The notes under the pieces are model-generated. The model was given only the letters and a program-made list of their open reading frames with translations. It searched no databases and was not told the DNA's origin. A program made the translations under genes and the position numbers. From positions 1-17,012 of the forward strand of contig CASFHZ010000047.1 in NCBI GenBank assembly GCA_949294585.1: a DNA stretch of 17,012 nucleotides. Direction: 5' to 3'. The stretch is from an uncultured Christensenella sp. (GTDB lineage: Bacteria; Bacillota; Clostridia; Christensenellales; UBA1242). Shown one piece after another: positions 16,105-17,012 of this stretch; the first letter of the stretch is position 1, and each line of letters begins with the position of its first letter.

Positions 16105-17012
16105 ATGAAAAGCAAATTAAAGATAGTTGCAATGCTTAGTGCAATGTGTTTTGTTGTTTTTATGCTAACAGTTGGCGTGCTCAGTTTAAAAAATGTTGAT
16201 GTAAATGTTGGTGGAAGCATAAACTATTCAGCAAACGGAGTTATGGCAACAATTTCAAATGGTGTACTTGAAAACAATGCAAGTAATGTAACAGGCAAAA
16301 TGCAAGGGTTTACGGTTGAGTTAAACCAAGATGAAAGTGCAATTCAAAGTGCATTAAACAGTTGGTCAGGTTTAGAGTTGCAATTTAACGAAAACGGTGA
16401 TGATGTAACAATAACATTCAGTGTAACAAACAATCACACAACCGACTATTTGCAAGTTAACATAGAAGTTGATGCAGGCACACCAACAAACGCAACAGTT
16501 GGTGTTAATAGCAACAATAATACCCTATCACCAAGCACAGTTAGTGATGGAAGTAATGCATATACACATGTAATAACATTTCATATAGAGAATACGAACC
16601 TTAATGCAAGCATAAGCAATTTTGCCATAAGTGTTAACTTAACAAAGGGTGTAATACCATTAGAGTCAGATTATTCATACTTAACATTTACTAAAGATGA
16701 ACAATCTCTAACAGCAAGTGTTACAGGTTTTGATAATTCAGTAAGTGAAGTAAATATACCATCAAAAATAAAAGATGATAAAGATGATAATGGAAATGTT
16801 TATACAGTAACAGGTATAGGAAGTCGTGCATTCGAGGATTGCACAAATTTAGCAAGTGTAACAATCCCAGACAGTGTAACAAGTATAAGATATAATGCAT
16901 TCGATGGTTGCAGTGGCTTAACGAGTGTAATAATAGGTAATGGTGTAACAGATATAGAAAGTTCTGCATTCTCTGGTTGCACTAGTTTAACAAGTGTAAC
17001 AATCCCAGACAG
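16105..17012 (+). CDS. Secreted or surface protein with BspA-type leucine-rich repeats. It is 5'-partial, open at the window end, so at least 302 aa.
   Basis: I translated this myself; it is absent from the ORF track because no stop codon falls within the window. It begins MKSKLKIVAMLSAMCFVVFMLTVGVLS, a signal peptide or N-terminal anchor. Then comes a roughly 230-aa N/T/S-rich region. It ends ...GIGSRAFEDCTNLASVTIPDSVTSIRYNAFDGCSGLTSVIIGNGVTDIESSAFSGCTSLTSVTIPD, which is classic BspA/LRR_5 repeats. GGGAGGAG lies 3-4 nt before the ATG. Confidence 0.85.
   Translation, partial: MKSKLKIVAMLSAMCFVVFMLTVGVLSLKNVDVNVGGSINYSANGVMATISNGVLENNASNVTGKMQGFTVELNQDESAIQSALNSWSGLELQFNENGDDVTITFSVTNNHTTDYLQVNIEVDAGTPTNATVGVNSNNNTLSPSTVSDGSNAYTHVITFHIENTNLNASISNFAISVNLTKGVIPLESDYSYLTFTKDEQSLTASVTGFDNSVSEVNIPSKIKDDKDDNGNVYTVTGIGSRAFEDCTNLASVTIPDSVTSIRYNAFDGCSGLTSVIIGNGVTDIESSAFSGCTSLTSVTIPD

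Noticed and set aside
16721-16982. Minus-strand ORFs 16721..16969 and 16800..16982, which are His, Leu and Tyr-rich.
   Set aside because: They are antisense to the clearly coding BspA-LRR gene. The repetitive composition is a mirror artefact of the LRR repeats.
1-17012. Alternative genetic code (TGA=Trp, Mycoplasma or Spiroplasma), suggested by the AT-richness and N/Y-rich surface proteins.
   Set aside because: ORFs of up to 7.5 kb are intact under the standard code and Trp is encoded by TGG. Genes end at TAA or TAG with terminator hairpins right after. The standard code (table 11) fits.

Overview
The window is very AT-rich (roughly 27-30% GC by eye) and reads as bacterial DNA in the standard genetic code. 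The 7.5-kb ORF is unbroken and Trp is encoded by TGG, so TGA is not being read as Trp. It most likely comes from a low-GC Firmicutes, Erysipelotrichia or Acholeplasma-like organism; that placement is inference only. No rRNA, tRNA or CRISPR array is present. On the minus strand, bases 45-9758 carry a giant 2505-aa secreted, membrane-anchored surface protein rich in N, T, S and Y. Immediately upstream of it on the same strand lies a TraG/VirD4-family type IV coupling protein with Walker A, DPKGE and LLDEFANL motifs. Divergently transcribed on the plus strand are a 124-aa two-TM protein and a 747-aa polytopic membrane protein with VirB6/TrbL-like (TcpH-like) topology. Together these three genes look like a fragment of a conjugative type IV secretion module, from an ICE or plasmid; no relaxase or VirB4 gene lies within the window. 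Bases 12990-15923 carry housekeeping-like genes: a tandem PRC-barrel (YlmC/YmxH-like) protein, an SPFH/Band-7 protein with a C-terminal zinc ribbon, an overlapping DUF1858 protein translationally coupled to it, and an HD-domain hydrolase. The 3' end holds the 5' portion of a BspA-type leucine-rich-repeat surface protein gene. The promoter of that gene contains a 14-nt poly-G tract between a consensus TTGACA and the -10 region, which makes it a strong candidate phase-variation (contingency) switch. Most genes are bracketed by clear rho-independent terminator hairpins.
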